DNA of 64,000 bases from Spirochaetia bacterium (GCA_965140585.1 OZ223265.1:192001-256000), one strand, 5' to 3'; counted from the first letter of the stretch, positions 1 to 12,292 are shown. Made by a program: numbers and translations. Notes: a model not told the origin generated them from the sequence alone.

Positions 1-2986
1 ATTCAAGAACATGCACAAATCCGATTTCCTCAGCAGCCAGTTCACCCGATTTTGTTTTAACAACAACATCTCCGGGAACTACTTTTGTACCGTTTTCAGC
101 CTCAACTTTCCCGTCTTTTCCAAGCGGAAGCCTCTGAAGAACACGGGCAACAATAACATTACCCTTTCTTGTATATAGCACATCTCCGTTTTCAAGAGTT
201 ACAGTTGTTCCGTTAACTTCCTTTATAACAACAGGATAGTGCAGATAGGTTCTGTTTTCTTCAGAAACTTTTGTAGCAGCACCACCGATATGGAAAGTTC
301 TCATGGTAAGCTGGGTTCCGGGCTGACCAATTGACTGAGCAGCAATAATACCTACCGCCTCACCAATCTCAACAGTCATGTTTTTTGCAAGGTTTCTACC
401 GTAACATTTACGACAAACTCCATGCTCAGCTTCACAGGTAAGTACCGTTCTGATTCTTACAGTCTCAACTCCGGATTCCTCTATAGCGATTGCAATCTCA
501 TCTGTAATTTCTTCATTAACGTCGACCATTATGTCGCCGGTAATCGGGTGTTTAACCCTTTCAAGCGTAAAACGCCCTACAATTCGATCACTGAGTGATT
601 CAATTACTTCCTCACCCTCTTTAATAGCCTTGATTTCTATACCATTAATAGTTCCGCAGTCATCTTCATTAACAACAACATCCTGAGCAATATCAACAAG
701 ACGACGTGTCAGATAACCGGCATCGGCTGTTTTAAGAGCTGTATCAGCAAGTCCCTTTCGGGCACCGTTGGTTGAAATAAAGAACTCAATAATCGAAAGC
801 CCTTCTTTAAAGTTAGAACGGATAGGAAGTTCGATAATATCACCTGAAGGCTTAGCCATAAGGCCACGCATACCGGCCAACTGTCTAATCTGTGTACGGC
901 TACCTCGGGCTCCCGAATCAGCCATCATATACACAGGGTTAAACCCGGCCCGATCATCCTTCAGAGTCTTCATCAGTACGTTTGTAAGCTCTTCATTCGT
1001 CTTACTCCACACCTCAACAACCCTGTTATAACGCTCTTCTGAGGTAATATGTCCCTGCAGATACTGTTCCTGAATAGTCAGAACTTCATTATTTGCAGTT
1101 TCAATCATATCCTTTTTCTCAGTTGGAATAACAATATCTTCCATACTGATAGTTGCCCCGAAAACAGTCGCATACTTGAAGCCGGTATCCTTTATGGCAT
1201 CAAGCATACGTACGGTAACTGCAGGGCCCTTTTTCTTTATACTCTCAGCAATAAGAACCTTAAGCTCCTTGTCGCCGAGAGAATGGTTTACATAGTCAAC
1301 CTCTTCAGGCATTGCCTGGTTGAAAATTATACGTCCGGCTGTTGTTTCAATATACTCGCCGTCTATTTTAACTTTACAAAGTGCCTGAAAATCAACAGCA
1401 CCGGCTTCCTGAGCAAGTATGATATCCTCAGGCGAGCCGTACCATCTGCCTTCTCCATGAGCACCGGCCCTGGCTCTGGTAAGATAGTTGATTCCAAGAA
1501 CCATATCCTGTGAAGGAAATACTACAGGCGTACCGCTTGCAGGATTAAGAAGGTTATTTACGGAAAGCATGAGTGTCCAGCACTCTATCTGTGCAGCCTG
1601 AGTAAGAGGCACGTGAACAGCCATCTGGTCACCGTCAAAGTCTGCATTATATGCATGACAGACAAGCGGATGCAGCTTTATAGCCTTACCCTCAACCAGT
1701 ACCGGTTCGAAAGCCTGAATACCAAGCCTATGAAGAGTCGGTGCACGGTTAAGCAGAACAGGATGTTCTTTAACAACTTCATCAAGAACAGCCCAGACTT
1801 CCGGAGTTTCCTGCTCTACAAGATTTTTCGCTTTCTTAATATTATAAACAACATCTTTCTCGACGAGTTTTTTCATTATAAAAGGCTTATAAAGCTCAAG
1901 AGCCATCTTTGTAGGAAGGCCGCACTGATGCATTCTAAGATCCGGCCCGACAACAATAACCGAACGGCCTGAATAGTCAACACGCTTACCAAGAAGGTTC
2001 TGCCTGAAACGGCCCTGTTTACCTTTAAGAAAGTCGGAAAGCGACTTTAATGGCCTGTTTGAAGCACCCTTGACCACTCTCTTTTTCTTGGAGTTATCAA
2101 AAAGAGCATCAACAGCTTCCTGAAGCATTCTTTTTTCATTTCTAATGATGATATCCGGAGCATTAAGCGCCATAAGTCTCTTTAGACGGTTATTTCGGTT
2201 AATCACCCTTCTGTAAAGATCATTAAGGTCTGATGTAGCAAAACGTCCTCCGTCAAGCTGAACCATAGGCCTCAGCTCAGGCGGAATTACAGGAATAACA
2301 TCAAGAATCATCCATTCTGGCTTATTCTTTGAATCCCTGAAGTTTTCTACAATTTCAATTCTCTTAAGAAGTCTTTTATCAGCCTTTGCACCCTTCTCAA
2401 TCATCTTGACTCTGAGTTCTGAACTGAGAAGATCAAGGTCGATTCTTTCAAGAAGAGTTCTGATGGCTTCAGCACCGATACCGGCGGAAAAACTCATTCC
2501 GTAACGCTCTCTGGCACTGTTAAATTCTTCCTCCGTAAGGAGTTCCATCTTCTTAAGATCCGTATCACCCGGATCAATAACTATATATTTTTCGTAATAC
2601 AGAATAGATCTCAGTGCAGCTACTGTTAAATCCAGAAGAAGTCCCATTCTTGACGGAACTGAACGGTAGTACCAGATGTGCGAAACCGGTGACGCGAGTT
2701 CTATGTGGCCCATCCTTTCACGGCGAACCTTGAAGTGAGTTACCTCAACTCCACAACGATCACAAATAACACCTTTATAACGGATAGATTTAAACTTTCC
2801 GCAGTAACACTCCCATTCCTTGGTTGTTCCGAAAATTCTTTCACAGAACAGACCGTCTTTTTCAGGCCTGAGAGTTCTATAGTTAATGGTTTCCGGCTTT
2901 TTTACTTCACCGTAAGACCATGCCCTGATCTGCTCGGGTGATGCAAGCATTATCTGTATATGATCAAAATCCTGAATTTCTCTCAT
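1..2986 (-). CDS. rpoC: RNA polymerase beta' subunit (3' end outside window)
   Basis: Absent from ORF track because it runs off the edge. ATG at 2986 reads [18 protein letters not shown]; NADFDGD catalytic motif near 1630-1650; directly downstream of rpoB. Confidence 0.98.
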   Translation of the reverse strand, partial: MREIQDFDHIQIMLASPEQIRAWSYGEVKKPETINYRTLRPEKDGLFCERIFGTTKEWECYCGKFKSIRYKGVICDRCGVEVTHFKVRRERMGHIELASPVSHIWYYRSVPSRMGLLLDLTVAALRSILYYEKYIVIDPGDTDLKKMELLTEEEFNSARERYGMSFSAGIGAEAIRTLLERIDLDLLSSELRVKMIEKGAKADKRLLKRIEIVENFRDSKNKPEWMILDVIPVIPPELRPMVQLDGGRFATSDLNDLYRRVINRNNRLKRLMALNAPDIIIRNEKRMLQEAVDALFDNSKKKRVVKGASNRPLKSLSDFLKGKQGRFRQNLLGKRVDYSGRSVIVVGPDLRMHQCGLPTKMALELYKPFIMKKLVEKDVVYNIKKAKNLVEQETPEVWAVLDEVVKEHPVLLNRAPTLHRLGIQAFEPVLVEGKAIKLHPLVCHAYNADFDGDQMAVHVPLTQAAQIECWTLMLSVNNLLNPASGTPVVFPSQDMVLGINYLTRARAGAHGEGRWYGSPEDIILAQEAGAVDFQALCKVKIDGEYIETTAGRIIFNQAMPEEVDYVNHSLGDKELKVLIAESIKKKGPAVTVRMLDAIKDTGFKYATVFGATISMEDIVIPTEKKDMIETANNEVLTIQEQYLQGHITSEERYNRVVEVWSKTNEELTNVLMKTLKDDRAGFNPVYMMADSGARGSRTQIRQLAGMRGLMAKPSGDIIELPIRSNFKEGLSIIEFFISTNGARKGLADTALKTADAGYLTRRLVDIAQDVVVNEDDCGTINGIEIKAIKEGEEVIESLSDRIVGRFTLERVKHPITGDIMVDVNEEITDEIAIAIEESGVETVRIRTVLTCEAEHGVCRKCYGRNLAKNMTVEIGEAVGIIAAQSIGQPGTQLTMRTFHIGGAATKVSEENRTYLHYPVVIKEVNGTTVTLENGDVLYTRKGNVIVARVLQRLPLGKDGKVEAENGTKVVPGDVVVKTKSGELAAEEIGFVHVLE

Positions 2987-3000
2987 TCTTCATTCCCCCC

Positions 3001-6000
3001 TTAGAACTGGCTTCCCTGACGGGTAATCAGCTCTTCATCACGCTCCGTGAGAGGCACACGCTTACCCTTTGAATCGTAAATAGTCAAATCAAGAGCAAGA
3101 CCTCGAAGCTCCTGCACAAGAACATTGAATGACTCGGGAACTCCGGCACTTGAAGCAGGTTCTCCCTTTACGATACTTTCATATATCTTAGCCCTTCCGG
3201 CCATATCATCTGATTTGATTGTAAGAAGCTCCTGCAGTGTATTTGCAGCACCATAGGCTTCAAGAGCCCATACTTCCATTTCTCCCAGACGCTGTCCACC
3301 AAACTGAGCCTTACCGCCGAGAGGCTGCTGAGTTACAAGTGAATAAGGTCCGGTTGAACGTGCATGCATTTTATCATCGACAAGATGGTGCAGTTTAAGC
3401 ATGTAAACACGGCCTACAAAAACTTCATTCTCAAAAAGCCTGCCGGTTCTTCCATCACGAAGAGCAGTCTTCGAACTTGTCGGAAGACCAGCTTCTTTAA
3501 GCTTGGATTCAATCTGTTCATTGGAAGCAGACTGGAATACCGGAGTTGAATACCACTCATTAAGTTTCCATCCAGCCCAGCCAAGTTCTGTTTCAAGAAT
3601 CTGACCGAGGTTCATTCGGGACGGAACACCAAGCGGGTTAAGACAGATATCAAGCGGAGTACCGTCTTCCATGTAAGGCATATCCTCTTCAGGAAGCACC
3701 CTTGCAACAACACCCTTGTTTCCATGTCTACCGGCCATCTTATCACCCTCGCGAAGTTTTCGCTTTGTTGCAATAAGAACCTTCACAACCTCATCAACCC
3801 CCGGTGAAAGGTCATCACCTTCAGACCGCTTCAGACGCTGCACATCAATTACAGTTCCGGTAACACCATGAGGCAATCTTAGCGAAGTATCACGCACTTC
3901 TTTGGCTTTTTCACCGAATATTGAGTTAAGAAGCTTAAACTCCGGAGTTGTCTCAGTTTCAGATTTAGGAGTAACCTTACCAACAAGGATATAACCGGAG
4001 TCAACTTTTGCACCTACACGGATAATACCTTCTTCATCAAGCTGATCAAGAGCTTTTTCATTCACGTTCGGAATATCGCGGGTCAGCTTTTCAGGTCCAA
4101 GCTTGGTCTCTCTGACATCGATACTGAATTCTTTTATATGAATGGATGTAAAAACATCTTCTTTTACAACATTCTCGGAAATAAGAATGGCGTCCTCATA
4201 GTTGTAGCCGTTCCACGGAACAAATCCGACAAGAACGTTACGCCCAAGCGCCAGCTCACCCTTATAGGTTGCAGGACCGTCTGCAAGAACAGTACCTTTT
4301 TCGACTCTCTGCCCTACTTCAACAAGAGGCCTCTGGTTAAAACAGGTATCCTGGTTAGTTCGCTGATATTTAACGAGTTCATACTCATCAACTTCATGCT
4401 CAGCTGCACCTTCCGGTCTGATCATTACAGATTTTGAGGTTACATAAACTACTTCACCGGCTCTCTTTGCCTTAGCAAGAACACCTGAGTCGTATGCGGT
4501 TTTAGCTTCCATTCCGGTACCGACAATCGGCGGTTCAGGGAATACAAGCGGAACTGCCTGACGCTGCATGTTTGACCCCATCAAAGCTCGGTTAGCATCG
4601 TCATGCTCAAGGAACGGAATCAACGAGGTAGCTACTGAAATTACCTGTTTAGGTGAAACGTCCATATATTTTATATCTTCAGCAGGCTTGGCAACATAGT
4701 CACCGGCCTTTCTTACTGAAATTATCTCATCTTTAAAGTTTCCCTTACTGTCTATACGGGCATTACCCTGAGCAATAAAATATTTCTCCTCGTCCATCGC
4801 GGAAAGATATTCAACCTCAGCTGTAGCTTTTCCATCAATAACTTTCCTGTAAGGAGTTTCAAGAAATCCGTAGTCATTAACCCTTGTATAGTTAGCCAGA
4901 GAAACAATAAGACCAATGTTCGGACCTTCAGGAGTTTCTATAGGACACATTCTACCATAATGAGTGTAATGTACGTCTCGAACCTCAAATCCGGCTCTGT
5001 CTCTTGAAAGACCTCCCGGACCGAGAGCATTCAAACGCCTTTTATGAGTAAGTTCAGCAAGCGGGTTAACCTGATCCATAAACTGCGAAAGCTGACTGGA
5101 CCCGAAAAACTCTTTCACTGCTGCAACTATAGGCTTAATTGAAATAAGATCCTGCGGTTTAACGGTATCCGTCTCTTTAAGAGACATTCGCTCTTTTGCT
5201 ATCCTCTCCATTCTGGTGAATGCAGTTTTAAGCTGGTTAGCAAGAAGCTCACCTACAGATCTGATTCTTCTATTACCAAGATGATCAATATCATCAACAT
5301 TTGCTTCACCGATAAAAACCTTGATAAGAAAGCCCATTGTATTTACAACATCTTCTCTTGTAAGAATTGACTCTTCCAGCGGCTCAGCATAATCAAACTT
5401 TTTATTCAGTTTATATCGACCAACCCTACCAAGATCATATCTTCTTGTGGAGAAAAACATTGTTTCAAGGTCTTTCTGGGCACTTTCAATAGTTATAGGC
5501 TCGCCGGGCATAAGGACAGAATAAACAGCAACAATTGCGTCATCACGGGTCGGTTCATCAATACCGGGTTCATCACGGGTAAATTTTGAATCTTCCCGCT
5601 CAAAACAATTGAGAATTATCTGGGAATGAAGTGATTCAGGGTCTTTTTCGTCGATTACAACGACCTCAGAGATTCCCGAATGCAGCAGCTCATCTATATC
5701 ATGCGGATGAAGCTTCTCACCTGCACGGTAAATCTTCTTGGTTTCACCATCCGCTTCGGAATATACAGCTCTGGAAAGAACTTTACCGACAAGCTTCTCT
5801 TTCTCTTCTTTAGAATCAGAAAAAGTAATGGTTTCAGATTTATAAAAGAGGTCAATAATTTCTTCACGGCTGGAATATCCGAGAGCCCGGAGAAAAAGAC
5901 TTCCGAGTATTCTCTTTTTTCTGTCAATTTTGGCGTAAACGAGTTCTTTTTTCTGATCGATTTCAAACTCAAGCCATGAACCCCTGTACGGAATAATCCT

Positions 6001-6504
6001 TGAGGAATAAATACCCTTCTCATGGGAAAAAATTACACCGGGTGAACGGTGAATCTGGCTGACAACAACACGTTCAGCACCATTGATTATAAAGGTTCCT
6101 CTCTCTGTCATCAGGGGTATGTCACCGATATAAATATCCTTCTGCCTGATTTCACCGGATTCGGTAAAAAGAAGGTTTATCCTGGCCTTAATGGGCACAG
6201 CGTAACTAATCCCCTTCTGCTTGCACTCAGATTCTGAAAACTTCATGTTTTCTTCATCGAGAAAGTACCGATCATACTCGAGAATCATGTCACCGTTTGG
6301 ACTTTCTATCGGGAAAATCGTCTGAAAAACCTCTTCAAGGCCTGCTGGCTCCGGACCGTCGCCGGCTGTAAGAAGATCTCTCTGAAGAAACTTTTCATAC
6401 GATGAAAGTTGAATATCTATAAGGTTCGGAAGATCCAGCACCTCATAGTACTCCATTCCTATATATGTTCTGTTTATGGCTTTGCCATTACTCAGCATCA
6501 CCAC
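3001..6504 (-). CDS. rpoB: RNA polymerase beta subunit
   Basis: [22 protein letters not shown] and [10 protein letters not shown] motifs; start may be the ATG at 6498. Confidence 0.99.
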   Translation of the reverse strand: MVMLSNGKAINRTYIGMEYYEVLDLPNLIDIQLSSYEKFLQRDLLTAGDGPEPAGLEEVFQTIFPIESPNGDMILEYDRYFLDEENMKFSESECKQKGISYAVPIKARINLLFTESGEIRQKDIYIGDIPLMTERGTFIINGAERVVVSQIHRSPGVIFSHEKGIYSSRIIPYRGSWLEFEIDQKKELVYAKIDRKKRILGSLFLRALGYSSREEIIDLFYKSETITFSDSKEEKEKLVGKVLSRAVYSEADGETKKIYRAGEKLHPHDIDELLHSGISEVVVIDEKDPESLHSQIILNCFEREDSKFTRDEPGIDEPTRDDAIVAVYSVLMPGEPITIESAQKDLETMFFSTRRYDLGRVGRYKLNKKFDYAEPLEESILTREDVVNTMGFLIKVFIGEANVDDIDHLGNRRIRSVGELLANQLKTAFTRMERIAKERMSLKETDTVKPQDLISIKPIVAAVKEFFGSSQLSQFMDQVNPLAELTHKRRLNALGPGGLSRDRAGFEVRDVHYTHYGRMCPIETPEGPNIGLIVSLANYTRVNDYGFLETPYRKVIDGKATAEVEYLSAMDEEKYFIAQGNARIDSKGNFKDEIISVRKAGDYVAKPAEDIKYMDVSPKQVISVATSLIPFLEHDDANRALMGSNMQRQAVPLVFPEPPIVGTGMEAKTAYDSGVLAKAKRAGEVVYVTSKSVMIRPEGAAEHEVDEYELVKYQRTNQDTCFNQRPLVEVGQRVEKGTVLADGPATYKGELALGRNVLVGFVPWNGYNYEDAILISENVVKEDVFTSIHIKEFSIDVRETKLGPEKLTRDIPNVNEKALDQLDEEGIIRVGAKVDSGYILVGKVTPKSETETTPEFKLLNSIFGEKAKEVRDTSLRLPHGVTGTVIDVQRLKRSEGDDLSPGVDEVVKVLIATKRKLREGDKMAGRHGNKGVVARVLPEEDMPYMEDGTPLDICLNPLGVPSRMNLGQILETELGWAGWKLNEWYSTPVFQSASNEQIESKLKEAGLPTSSKTALRDGRTGRLFENEVFVGRVYMLKLHHLVDDKMHARSTGPYSLVTQQPLGGKAQFGGQRLGEMEVWALEAYGAANTLQELLTIKSDDMAGRAKIYESIVKGEPASSAGVPESFNVLVQELRGLALDLTIYDSKGKRVPLTERDEELITRQGSQF

Positions 6505-6590
6505 CCCCCTGGTTTAAGAAGCTGTTAATCAATATTCAGACAAAAAGCTTCCAAAGAACGCTTCAGCCTGAAAAACTTTTTAGATACAGA

Positions 6591-6622
6591 TAATCCACCG
6601 AAAGAATTCCTTCGGTGGATTA
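6591..6622 (-). terminator. hairpin between rplL and rpoB (attenuator-like)
   Basis: TAATCCACCGAA-AGAATTCC-TTCGGTGGATTA inverted repeat with only a weak U tail on the mRNA strand; same position as the E. coli rplL-rpoB attenuator. Confidence 0.6.
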
Positions 6623-6658
6623 AACGAGTATATTTTACAGTTACTCTGCGCCGGCAGA

Positions 6659-7039
6659 CTATTTAACTTCAATAGTTGCGCCAGCTGCTTCAAGTTTTTC
6701 CTTAATTGAAGCTGCTTCTTCTTTAGAAACACCCTCTTTAAGTACCTTCTCTCCGCCTTCAACAAGCTCTTTTGCTTCTTTAAGACCGAGGCCGGTGATT
6801 CCGCGTACTTCTTTGATTACTGCAATCTTCTGACCGTCAGCAAATCCTTTAAGAACTACGTCAAACTCTGTTTTTTCTTCGGCAGCTTCAGCAGCAGGAC
6901 CTGCCGCAGGACCAGCAGCAACTGCAACAGGAGCAGCAGCAGTAACACCGAATTTGTCTTCCATGGCAGTGATAAGCTCAGAGAGCTCAAGAACTGTCAT
7001 ACCAGCAATTGCTTCTAAAATTTCATCTTTTGTAGCCAT
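6659..7039 (-). CDS. rplL: 50S ribosomal protein L7/L12
   Basis: Ala-rich hinge, [25 protein letters not shown]. Confidence 0.99.
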   Translation of the reverse strand: MATKDEILEAIAGMTVLELSELITAMEDKFGVTAAAPVAVAAGPAAGPAAEAAEEKTEFDVVLKGFADGQKIAVIKEVRGITGLGLKEAKELVEGGEKVLKEGVSKEEAASIKEKLEAAGATIEVK

Positions 7040-7118
7040 ATTACCTTCTCCTTACAATAGATTTTTTATGCGGCAATAGCATGAGCTACCATGAAGACTA
7101 ATGCCGCGTTTAATATTA

Positions 7119-7661
7119 CTATTCTCCCTGTTCCTGCTTTTTGTCTGCAACTGCCTGCAGTGTGCGGACAAACTTTGTCGGAACAGCATTGAGAATGTAT
7201 ACAAAATTCTGAACCGGAGCATTCATTGTACCCATAAGTTTGGCAATAAGTTCCGGCTTTGTCGGAAGCTTTGAATAAGCCTCCATTTCCTTATCGTTAA
7301 AAACATCAGCGCCGATAAGACCACCCTTAACATCTACAGGAGCATCTTTAGCAAAAGCAAAAAGCTCTTTTGCGGCTGCACCGGCATCTTCACCTGAAAG
7401 AACAACAGCGGTAGGGCCTACAAGAAGATCACCAACCTCAGGTTTTCCAAGTTCTTTAAGTGCGATTTTGGCAAATCTGTTCTTAACTACCTTATAAACT
7501 GATCCCGATTCCCTGAGTTTATTTCTAAGCTCTGTGATCTGCTCAACAGTAAGACCACGGTAATCGGTGAATATAAAATTATCTATACCTTCGAAATCGC
7601 TTTTAAGCGCGTTGACAGCTTCGACTTTCTCCGGCTGGATTTTAACTAATTCATCTGTCAT
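7119..7661 (-). CDS. rplJ: 50S ribosomal protein L10
   Basis: DYRGLTV and VVKN motifs; synteny. Confidence 0.98.
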   Translation of the reverse strand: MTDELVKIQPEKVEAVNALKSDFEGIDNFIFTDYRGLTVEQITELRNKLRESGSVYKVVKNRFAKIALKELGKPEVGDLLVGPTAVVLSGEDAGAAAKELFAFAKDAPVDVKGGLIGADVFNDKEMEAYSKLPTKPELIAKLMGTMNAPVQNFVYILNAVPTKFVRTLQAVADKKQEQGE

Positions 7662-7678
7662 TTCAAATCTCCTTCAGC

Positions 7679-8359
7679 CTAAAGCTTGTCCTTAAAATCA
7701 ACCTTAACGCCGGGTCCCATAGTAGAAGACAGCGCAATGGTTCTAACAAAATCACCCTTTGTGTCAGCAGGTTTCTTTTTAACAATTTCAGAAACTACAT
7801 GAACTGCATTTTCTTCAATATTTGCAGGCTCCATTGAAACCTTGCCTATCGCAAGATGAACAACACCGGTTTTATCAGATCTGTACTCAACTCGACCTTT
7901 CTGAAGTTCTGCAAGAGCTCCCTTAATATCGAAAGTAACAGTCTGAGTCTTGGGGTTAGGCATAAGACCTCTTCTACCAAGAATAGGTCCAAGACGTCCA
8001 ACATCTTTCATCATATCCGGTGTTGCAACAGCAACATCGAAATCAAGCCATCCGCCCTTAATCTTTTCTATAAGATCATCATCACCGACATAGGCAGCAC
8101 CTGCCTCTTTAGCCTCTTCTACCTTATCGCCTTTGGCAAAAACAAGAATTTTCTTGTCACCGCTGAACTGAAATGGAAGAACAAGCGTATCTCTTACAGT
8201 CTGGCTCTTTTTGAGGTTAAGCTTAACTGAAAGCTCTACAGTCTCATCAAATTTAGCAAAAGCCATATCTTTAACAAGCCCGATCGCATCAGGATAACTG
8301 TATAATGTCTGCTTTTCATACTTCTTAGCAGCTTCGGTATATTTTTTTCCGCGTTTCAT
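7679..8359 (-). CDS. rplA: 50S ribosomal protein L1
   Basis: [22 protein letters not shown]. Confidence 0.99.
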   Translation of the reverse strand: MKRGKKYTEAAKKYEKQTLYSYPDAIGLVKDMAFAKFDETVELSVKLNLKKSQTVRDTLVLPFQFSGDKKILVFAKGDKVEEAKEAGAAYVGDDDLIEKIKGGWLDFDVAVATPDMMKDVGRLGPILGRRGLMPNPKTQTVTFDIKGALAELQKGRVEYRSDKTGVVHLAIGKVSMEPANIEENAVHVVSEIVKKKPADTKGDFVRTIALSSTMGPGVKVDFKDKL

Positions 8360-8360
8360 C

Positions 8361-8792
8361 TCAGTCCTCCACCTCTATACCCATGCTTCTTGCTGTACCT
8401 GCAATAATGTTCATAGCTGCATCAATATCATTTGCGTTCAGATCGGGCATTTTCAGCTCTGCAATCTCTTTAACCTGAGCACGTTTGATTTTTGCAACTT
8501 TCACCTTGTGAGGCTCAGCTGAACCGCTCGAGATACCGCAGGCTTTCTTAATAAGAACAGCAGCAGGCGGGGTCTTTGTAACGAACGTAAAAGATTTGTC
8601 AGCATATACTGTAATAACAACAGGAATAGTAAGACCAGGCTCCATATTCTTTGTTTTGTCGTTAAACTGCTGAACAAAAGTAGGCGCTGATACACCATGA
8701 GGACCTAATGCGGGTCCAACAGGCGGAGCCGGAGTAGCCTTTCCGGCAGGTACCTGCAGCTTAATATAAGCTGTTACCTTCTTCTTAGCCAT
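8361..8792 (-). CDS. rplK: 50S ribosomal protein L11
   Basis: [21 protein letters not shown]. Confidence 0.99.
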   Translation of the reverse strand: MAKKKVTAYIKLQVPAGKATPAPPVGPALGPHGVSAPTFVQQFNDKTKNMEPGLTIPVVITVYADKSFTFVTKTPPAAVLIKKACGISSGSAEPHKVKVAKIKRAQVKEIAELKMPDLNANDIDAAMNIIAGTARSMGIEVED

Positions 8793-8806
8793 TTATAAAC
8801 TCCTTC

Positions 8807-8846
8807 GTGGTATTAACGCGCTGTCCGTCTCCGGACACCACTCCCA
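8807..8846 (-). promoter_or_regulatory. L1-binding autoregulatory leader of rplK-rplA
   Basis: mRNA UGGGAG-[UGUCCG GAGA CGGACA]-GCGCGUUAAUACCAC just before the SD resembles the E. coli rplK leader (GGGAG...CGUUAUUACC). Confidence 0.7.
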
Positions 8847-8869
8847 TCCTCTTCCCTTACGGGAAATAT

Positions 8870-9424
8870 CTATAATTTTTCTACCTGAAGAAAATCAAGC
8901 TCTACAGGTGTAGCACGGCCGAAAATACCGACCATAACCTTAAGCTTTCCTTTCTCCAGATTAATTTCCTCTATAGAACCGGTAAAAGTATCAAAAGGAC
9001 CGTCAATAATCCTGATTGTTTCGCCAACAGCGTAAGACTGCTTGGGCTTCAGAACCCTGTCGGATTTAATCTCACCGGTCTTCTGCAGGATAGCTCTTGC
9101 TTCATCCTGACTGATCGGCTGAGGTTTAAAACCTTTTTGAGCACCGACAAAGCCGGTAACACCCTGAATAACCCTGATTTTTGAACAGACGGCTTCCCAT
9201 CTGACATCAGGAAGATCCATTTCAACCAGAATATAACCGGGAAGAAACTTCTTGGACGAAATTCTTTTCTTTCCGTCTTTTATTTCAACAACATCTTCAG
9301 CAGGAACTTTGATATCAAGAATTTTATCCTTGAGCTCTTCTTCCTCCATCAGAAGTCTGATGTATTTCTCTACCTTATTTTCGTAACCGGAGTACGTGTG
9401 AACAACATACCAGCCTTTAGCCAT
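8870..9424 (-). CDS. nusG: transcription termination/antitermination factor NusG
   Basis: [14 protein letters not shown] domain; KOW motif; [10 protein letters not shown]. Confidence 0.99.
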   Translation of the reverse strand: MAKGWYVVHTYSGYENKVEKYIRLLMEEEELKDKILDIKVPAEDVVEIKDGKKRISSKKFLPGYILVEMDLPDVRWEAVCSKIRVIQGVTGFVGAQKGFKPQPISQDEARAILQKTGEIKSDRVLKPKQSYAVGETIRIIDGPFDTFTGSIEEINLEKGKLKVMVGIFGRATPVELDFLQVEKL

Positions 9425-9555
9425 AACCTACCCTTCCTGCAGTAAACATTCCGGAAAACCACAAAAGACTGCGTTGCAGATTGTTTTTCTGAACACAGCC
9501 TGATTCTTAAGAATATTTAACTTTGTACGAAGCAGCGGAGCGCACCCCGCAAACC

Positions 9556-9738
9556 CTAACTGAAAAGCTTATCGATCCCTGAAACAAGCAGAAAATCCAC
9601 AAGTCCCAGAACAACTGCAAAGATTACAACCGACACAACGACAACCTTGGTTGAAGCGAGTACATCTTCCCTGCTGGGCCATGATACTTTTTTGAGTTCA
9701 GAGACACTTTCTTTAAAAAACTGGACAATCTTTTTCAC
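9556..9738 (-). CDS. secE: preprotein translocase subunit SecE
   Basis: ELKKVSWPSR plus one TM helix; synteny. Confidence 0.97.
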   Translation of the reverse strand: MKKIVQFFKESVSELKKVSWPSREDVLASTKVVVVSVVIFAVVLGLVDFLLVSGIDKLFS

Positions 9739-9769
9739 TTAGGGCTCCCGCTTAATATAAAAAAAAATA

Positions 9770-9843
9770 CAGGCCAGGTAGGATTCGAACCTACAACATC
9801 CGGTTTTGGAGACCGGCGCTCTAGCCGTTGGAGCTACTGGCCT
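9770..9843 (-). tRNA. tRNA-Trp (CCA)
   Basis: AGGCCAGTAGCTCCAACGGCTAGAGCGCCGGTCT-CCA-AAACCGGATGTTGTAGGTTCGAATCCTACCTGGCCTG cloverleaf; CCA end not encoded. Confidence 0.97.
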
Positions 9844-9852
9844 GTATATAAT

Positions 9853-10029
9853 TTACTTAATTTTTGATTCCTTATGAAGAGTATGCTTATTATCCCACTT
9901 ACAGTACTTCATAAGCTCGAGTTTTCCCTGCATATTTCGCCTGTTCTTTTTTGTAGTATAATTACGGCGATTGCATTCTTCACATTTCAGCGCTATAAGC
10001 TCTACAGCACCTTTATTTTTTTTAGCCAT
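9853..10029 (-). CDS. rpmG: 50S ribosomal protein L33 (58 aa)
   Basis: Below the ORF-track cutoff; translated by hand: [58 protein letters not shown]; AGGAG SD. Confidence 0.97.
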   Translation of the reverse strand: MAKKNKGAVELIALKCEECNRRNYTTKKNRRNMQGKLELMKYCKWDNKHTLHKESKIK

Positions 10030-10057
10030 TTAAAGCATCTCCTATTTTCACTAGTAT

Positions 10058-10130
10058 AGCCTCCGCCCGGACTTGAACCGGGGACCCCCACCTTACCATG
10101 GTGGTGCTCTACCGACTGAGCTACAGAGGC
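10058..10130 (-). tRNA. tRNA-Thr (GGT)
   Basis: GCCTCTGTAGCTCAGTCGGTAGAGCACCACCAT-GGT-AAGGTGGGGGTCCCCGGTTCAAGTCCGGGCGGAGGCT cloverleaf. Confidence 0.97.
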
Positions 10131-10146
10131 ATTAAGCAGTGGCAGA

Positions 10147-10175
10147 AAGGTAACAAAGATATTTTTTTTTGTCAA
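10147..10175 (-). promoter_or_regulatory. sigma70 promoter of the tRNA-Thr/rpmG/secE operon
   Basis: TTGACA-N17-TACCTT with TGn extension. Confidence 0.7.
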
Positions 10176-10246
10176 TAGGATTTATGCCAATTCTGTCGCT
10201 ATCCGATGAGCTTAAATCTTAGTATATTTACAACAAAGGAGCAACT

Positions 10247-11047
10247 ATGAAATCACCTAAAGAAAGTGCACTTGATAAAAAAATATTAAAAAACCTGAGC
10301 GGAAAACCGCTTGCGGCAGTTGAATATATGATTAATGATGCAGAAATTAAAACACTGCAGGAATATGCAAATACGGTTTCAATTAAAAGGCTGAACTTCA
10401 ACGACCACGGGCCTGTCCACATGCGAAAGGTAGCCCTTAATGCTGTAACTATGGCCGAGATACTTAAAAAGAAGGGTATAAAGTTCAACCTTGAAAATGA
10501 GGAAGCCGGCGAGTATGAAGACAGCCTGACAGCACTAATGCTTGCCTCTTTTCTGCATGACACAGGAATGACCGTCGGACGTCAGGATCATGAGCATTCT
10601 TCGGTATTTCTGTCCATGCCGGTTATAGACAGAATCCTGAACCATGTTTATGGAGATAATATAGAAAAAAAGATAATTATTCGTTCTGTTACCATTGAAT
10701 GCATTGCCGGACACATGGGCAATCAGAGGATCCACTCGCTTGAAGCCGGACTTCTATTGATAGCTGACGGTCTGGACATGGAAAAAGGAAGGGCGAGGAT
10801 TCCCATGATGATAGAAACTGAATCGAAGGTCGGCGATATACATAAATATTCTGCAGCTGCCATTGAAAAGGTTAAAATTACCGAGGGAGATGAAAGACCG
10901 ATAAAAATTGAGGTCGAGATGACCGAATCTGTCGGATTTTATCAGATAGAGGAAGTTCTTTTCAGGAAAATCAATTCAAGCCCCCTCAAACCCTACATAG
11001 AGCTTGTAGCCGCCGTAAGGAATGAGGTGCCAAAGAAATATCTTTAA
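10247..11047 (+). CDS. HD-domain phosphohydrolase (COG3294-like)
   Basis: NDHGPVH...LHDTG...H...ADGLD metal-binding pattern; GRARIP. Confidence 0.85.
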   Translation: MKSPKESALDKKILKNLSGKPLAAVEYMINDAEIKTLQEYANTVSIKRLNFNDHGPVHMRKVALNAVTMAEILKKKGIKFNLENEEAGEYEDSLTALMLASFLHDTGMTVGRQDHEHSSVFLSMPVIDRILNHVYGDNIEKKIIIRSVTIECIAGHMGNQRIHSLEAGLLLIADGLDMEKGRARIPMMIETESKVGDIHKYSAAAIEKVKITEGDERPIKIEVEMTESVGFYQIEEVLFRKINSSPLKPYIELVAAVRNEVPKKYL

Positions 11048-11050
11048 ACC

Positions 11051-12292
11051 CTACTCATGTTCATGAGTAAGATGTCTGCTGATTATTTTTGAATTATCAA
11101 GAAGAGAACTGAGTGAGTTTCCATGATGAACCCTTGAGATGGTTCTTGCAAAAAGTTCGCTGATGGATGCTGACACATACCACTCTCTGTCCATCAGATT
11201 AGAGGTATGATATACGGAATTCGTACCGATTATCCTGTAAAAAAGCCCATCATTATAAGCTTTCTCAAAGGCTTCAGCAGCATCGCCGGTAAACAAGGGA
11301 AGGCTTATCGCACAGATAATCTTTTCGGCCCCCATCTCTTTAAGCATTTCCATTGCCTTAATGAGGGTTCCGCCGGTACCGAGCATGTCATCGGCCATAA
11401 AGACTATCTTTCCTCTTACATCACCAAGCAGTTTGGTTGTGGTAATGTTGGATTCACTGGCATTTGCAGAGACCTGTGAATAATCGCGTTCCTTGTAAAT
11501 CATGGCTAGCGGTTTTTTAAGGGTTCCTGCAAAATATTTATTCCGGTCAACAGCTCCTGTATCCGGAGAGACAACCACAAGATCATCCTTTGAAAAATCA
11601 ACAAGTTCACTTAAAGCACGGATAATCTGATATGAAGCATGAAGATTTTCAAGATGAAGAGACTGAAAGCAGTTTTCAATAGCTTTTGAGTGAATATCAA
11701 GGGTAATGATCCGTGAAACACCCATAAGCTCACAGGTCCTTCCAAACCATGCCGCAGTAAGCGCTTCCCTGCCCTTCTTTTTATGCTGACGGCTGTAGGG
11801 ATAGGTAGGAATAACAAGAGTCACACTCTTTGCTCCTGCCCCGATAATTGCATCAATAGTAGTAAAGAGAATCATCAGATGATCGTTTACAGAAAGCGCA
11901 CACTTCTCACTGCATCCGTTTATTTCAAGCGGATACTGGTTAGCTAAATCCTGAACGATATAGATATCCATATCACGGATAGAAGTCTGAATTTCAGACT
12001 TAACTTCTCCGTTTGCGAAGCGTGTGAACTTCACCGGAATCTGATAGGACGGGGCTTTATACTTCGTAACATCACGGTTTCTGGAACCCTTTGCCGAAGT
12101 CAGTTCATTTATAAAGTTAATATTTCTCACGACATCATCGCGTGAATAATCATATCTAGAAACAAGAGAGTCTGTAGTCTTCTTATAATACTTCAGATAT
12201 ATTGATTTAAGATTTGATATGATCTCGCTCGAAATCTTTTCCGCACCGGGACATGCAATGACCCCCAGCAGAGACGACCTTGTGAATACCAT
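11051..12292 (-). CDS. prs: ribose-phosphate pyrophosphokinase
   Basis: FANGE, PYSRQ, DIHS, SPDTG and DDMLGTGGTL PRPP-binding motifs; start moved to ATG 12292 (track gives 12343). Confidence 0.92.
   Translation of the reverse strand: MVFTRSSLLGVIACPGAEKISSEIISNLKSIYLKYYKKTTDSLVSRYDYSRDDVVRNINFINELTSAKGSRNRDVTKYKAPSYQIPVKFTRFANGEVKSEIQTSIRDMDIYIVQDLANQYPLEINGCSEKCALSVNDHLMILFTTIDAIIGAGAKSVTLVIPTYPYSRQHKKKGREALTAAWFGRTCELMGVSRIITLDIHSKAIENCFQSLHLENLHASYQIIRALSELVDFSKDDLVVVSPDTGAVDRNKYFAGTLKKPLAMIYKERDYSQVSANASESNITTTKLLGDVRGKIVFMADDMLGTGGTLIKAMEMLKEMGAEKIICAISLPLFTGDAAEAFEKAYNDGLFYRIIGTNSVYHTSNLMDREWYVSASISELFARTISRVHHGNSLSSLLDNSKIISRHLTHEHE

Noticed and set aside
768-6237. Many plus-strand ORFs of 60-154 aa in the track
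   Set aside because: Antisense shadows of rpoC and rpoB; the same applies to short ORFs overlapping clpB, argH, the ABC genes and others.
10030-10057. No tuf gene between tRNA-Thr and rpmG
   Set aside because: A tufB copy at this site is not universal, and there is no remnant or scar in the 28-nt spacer.
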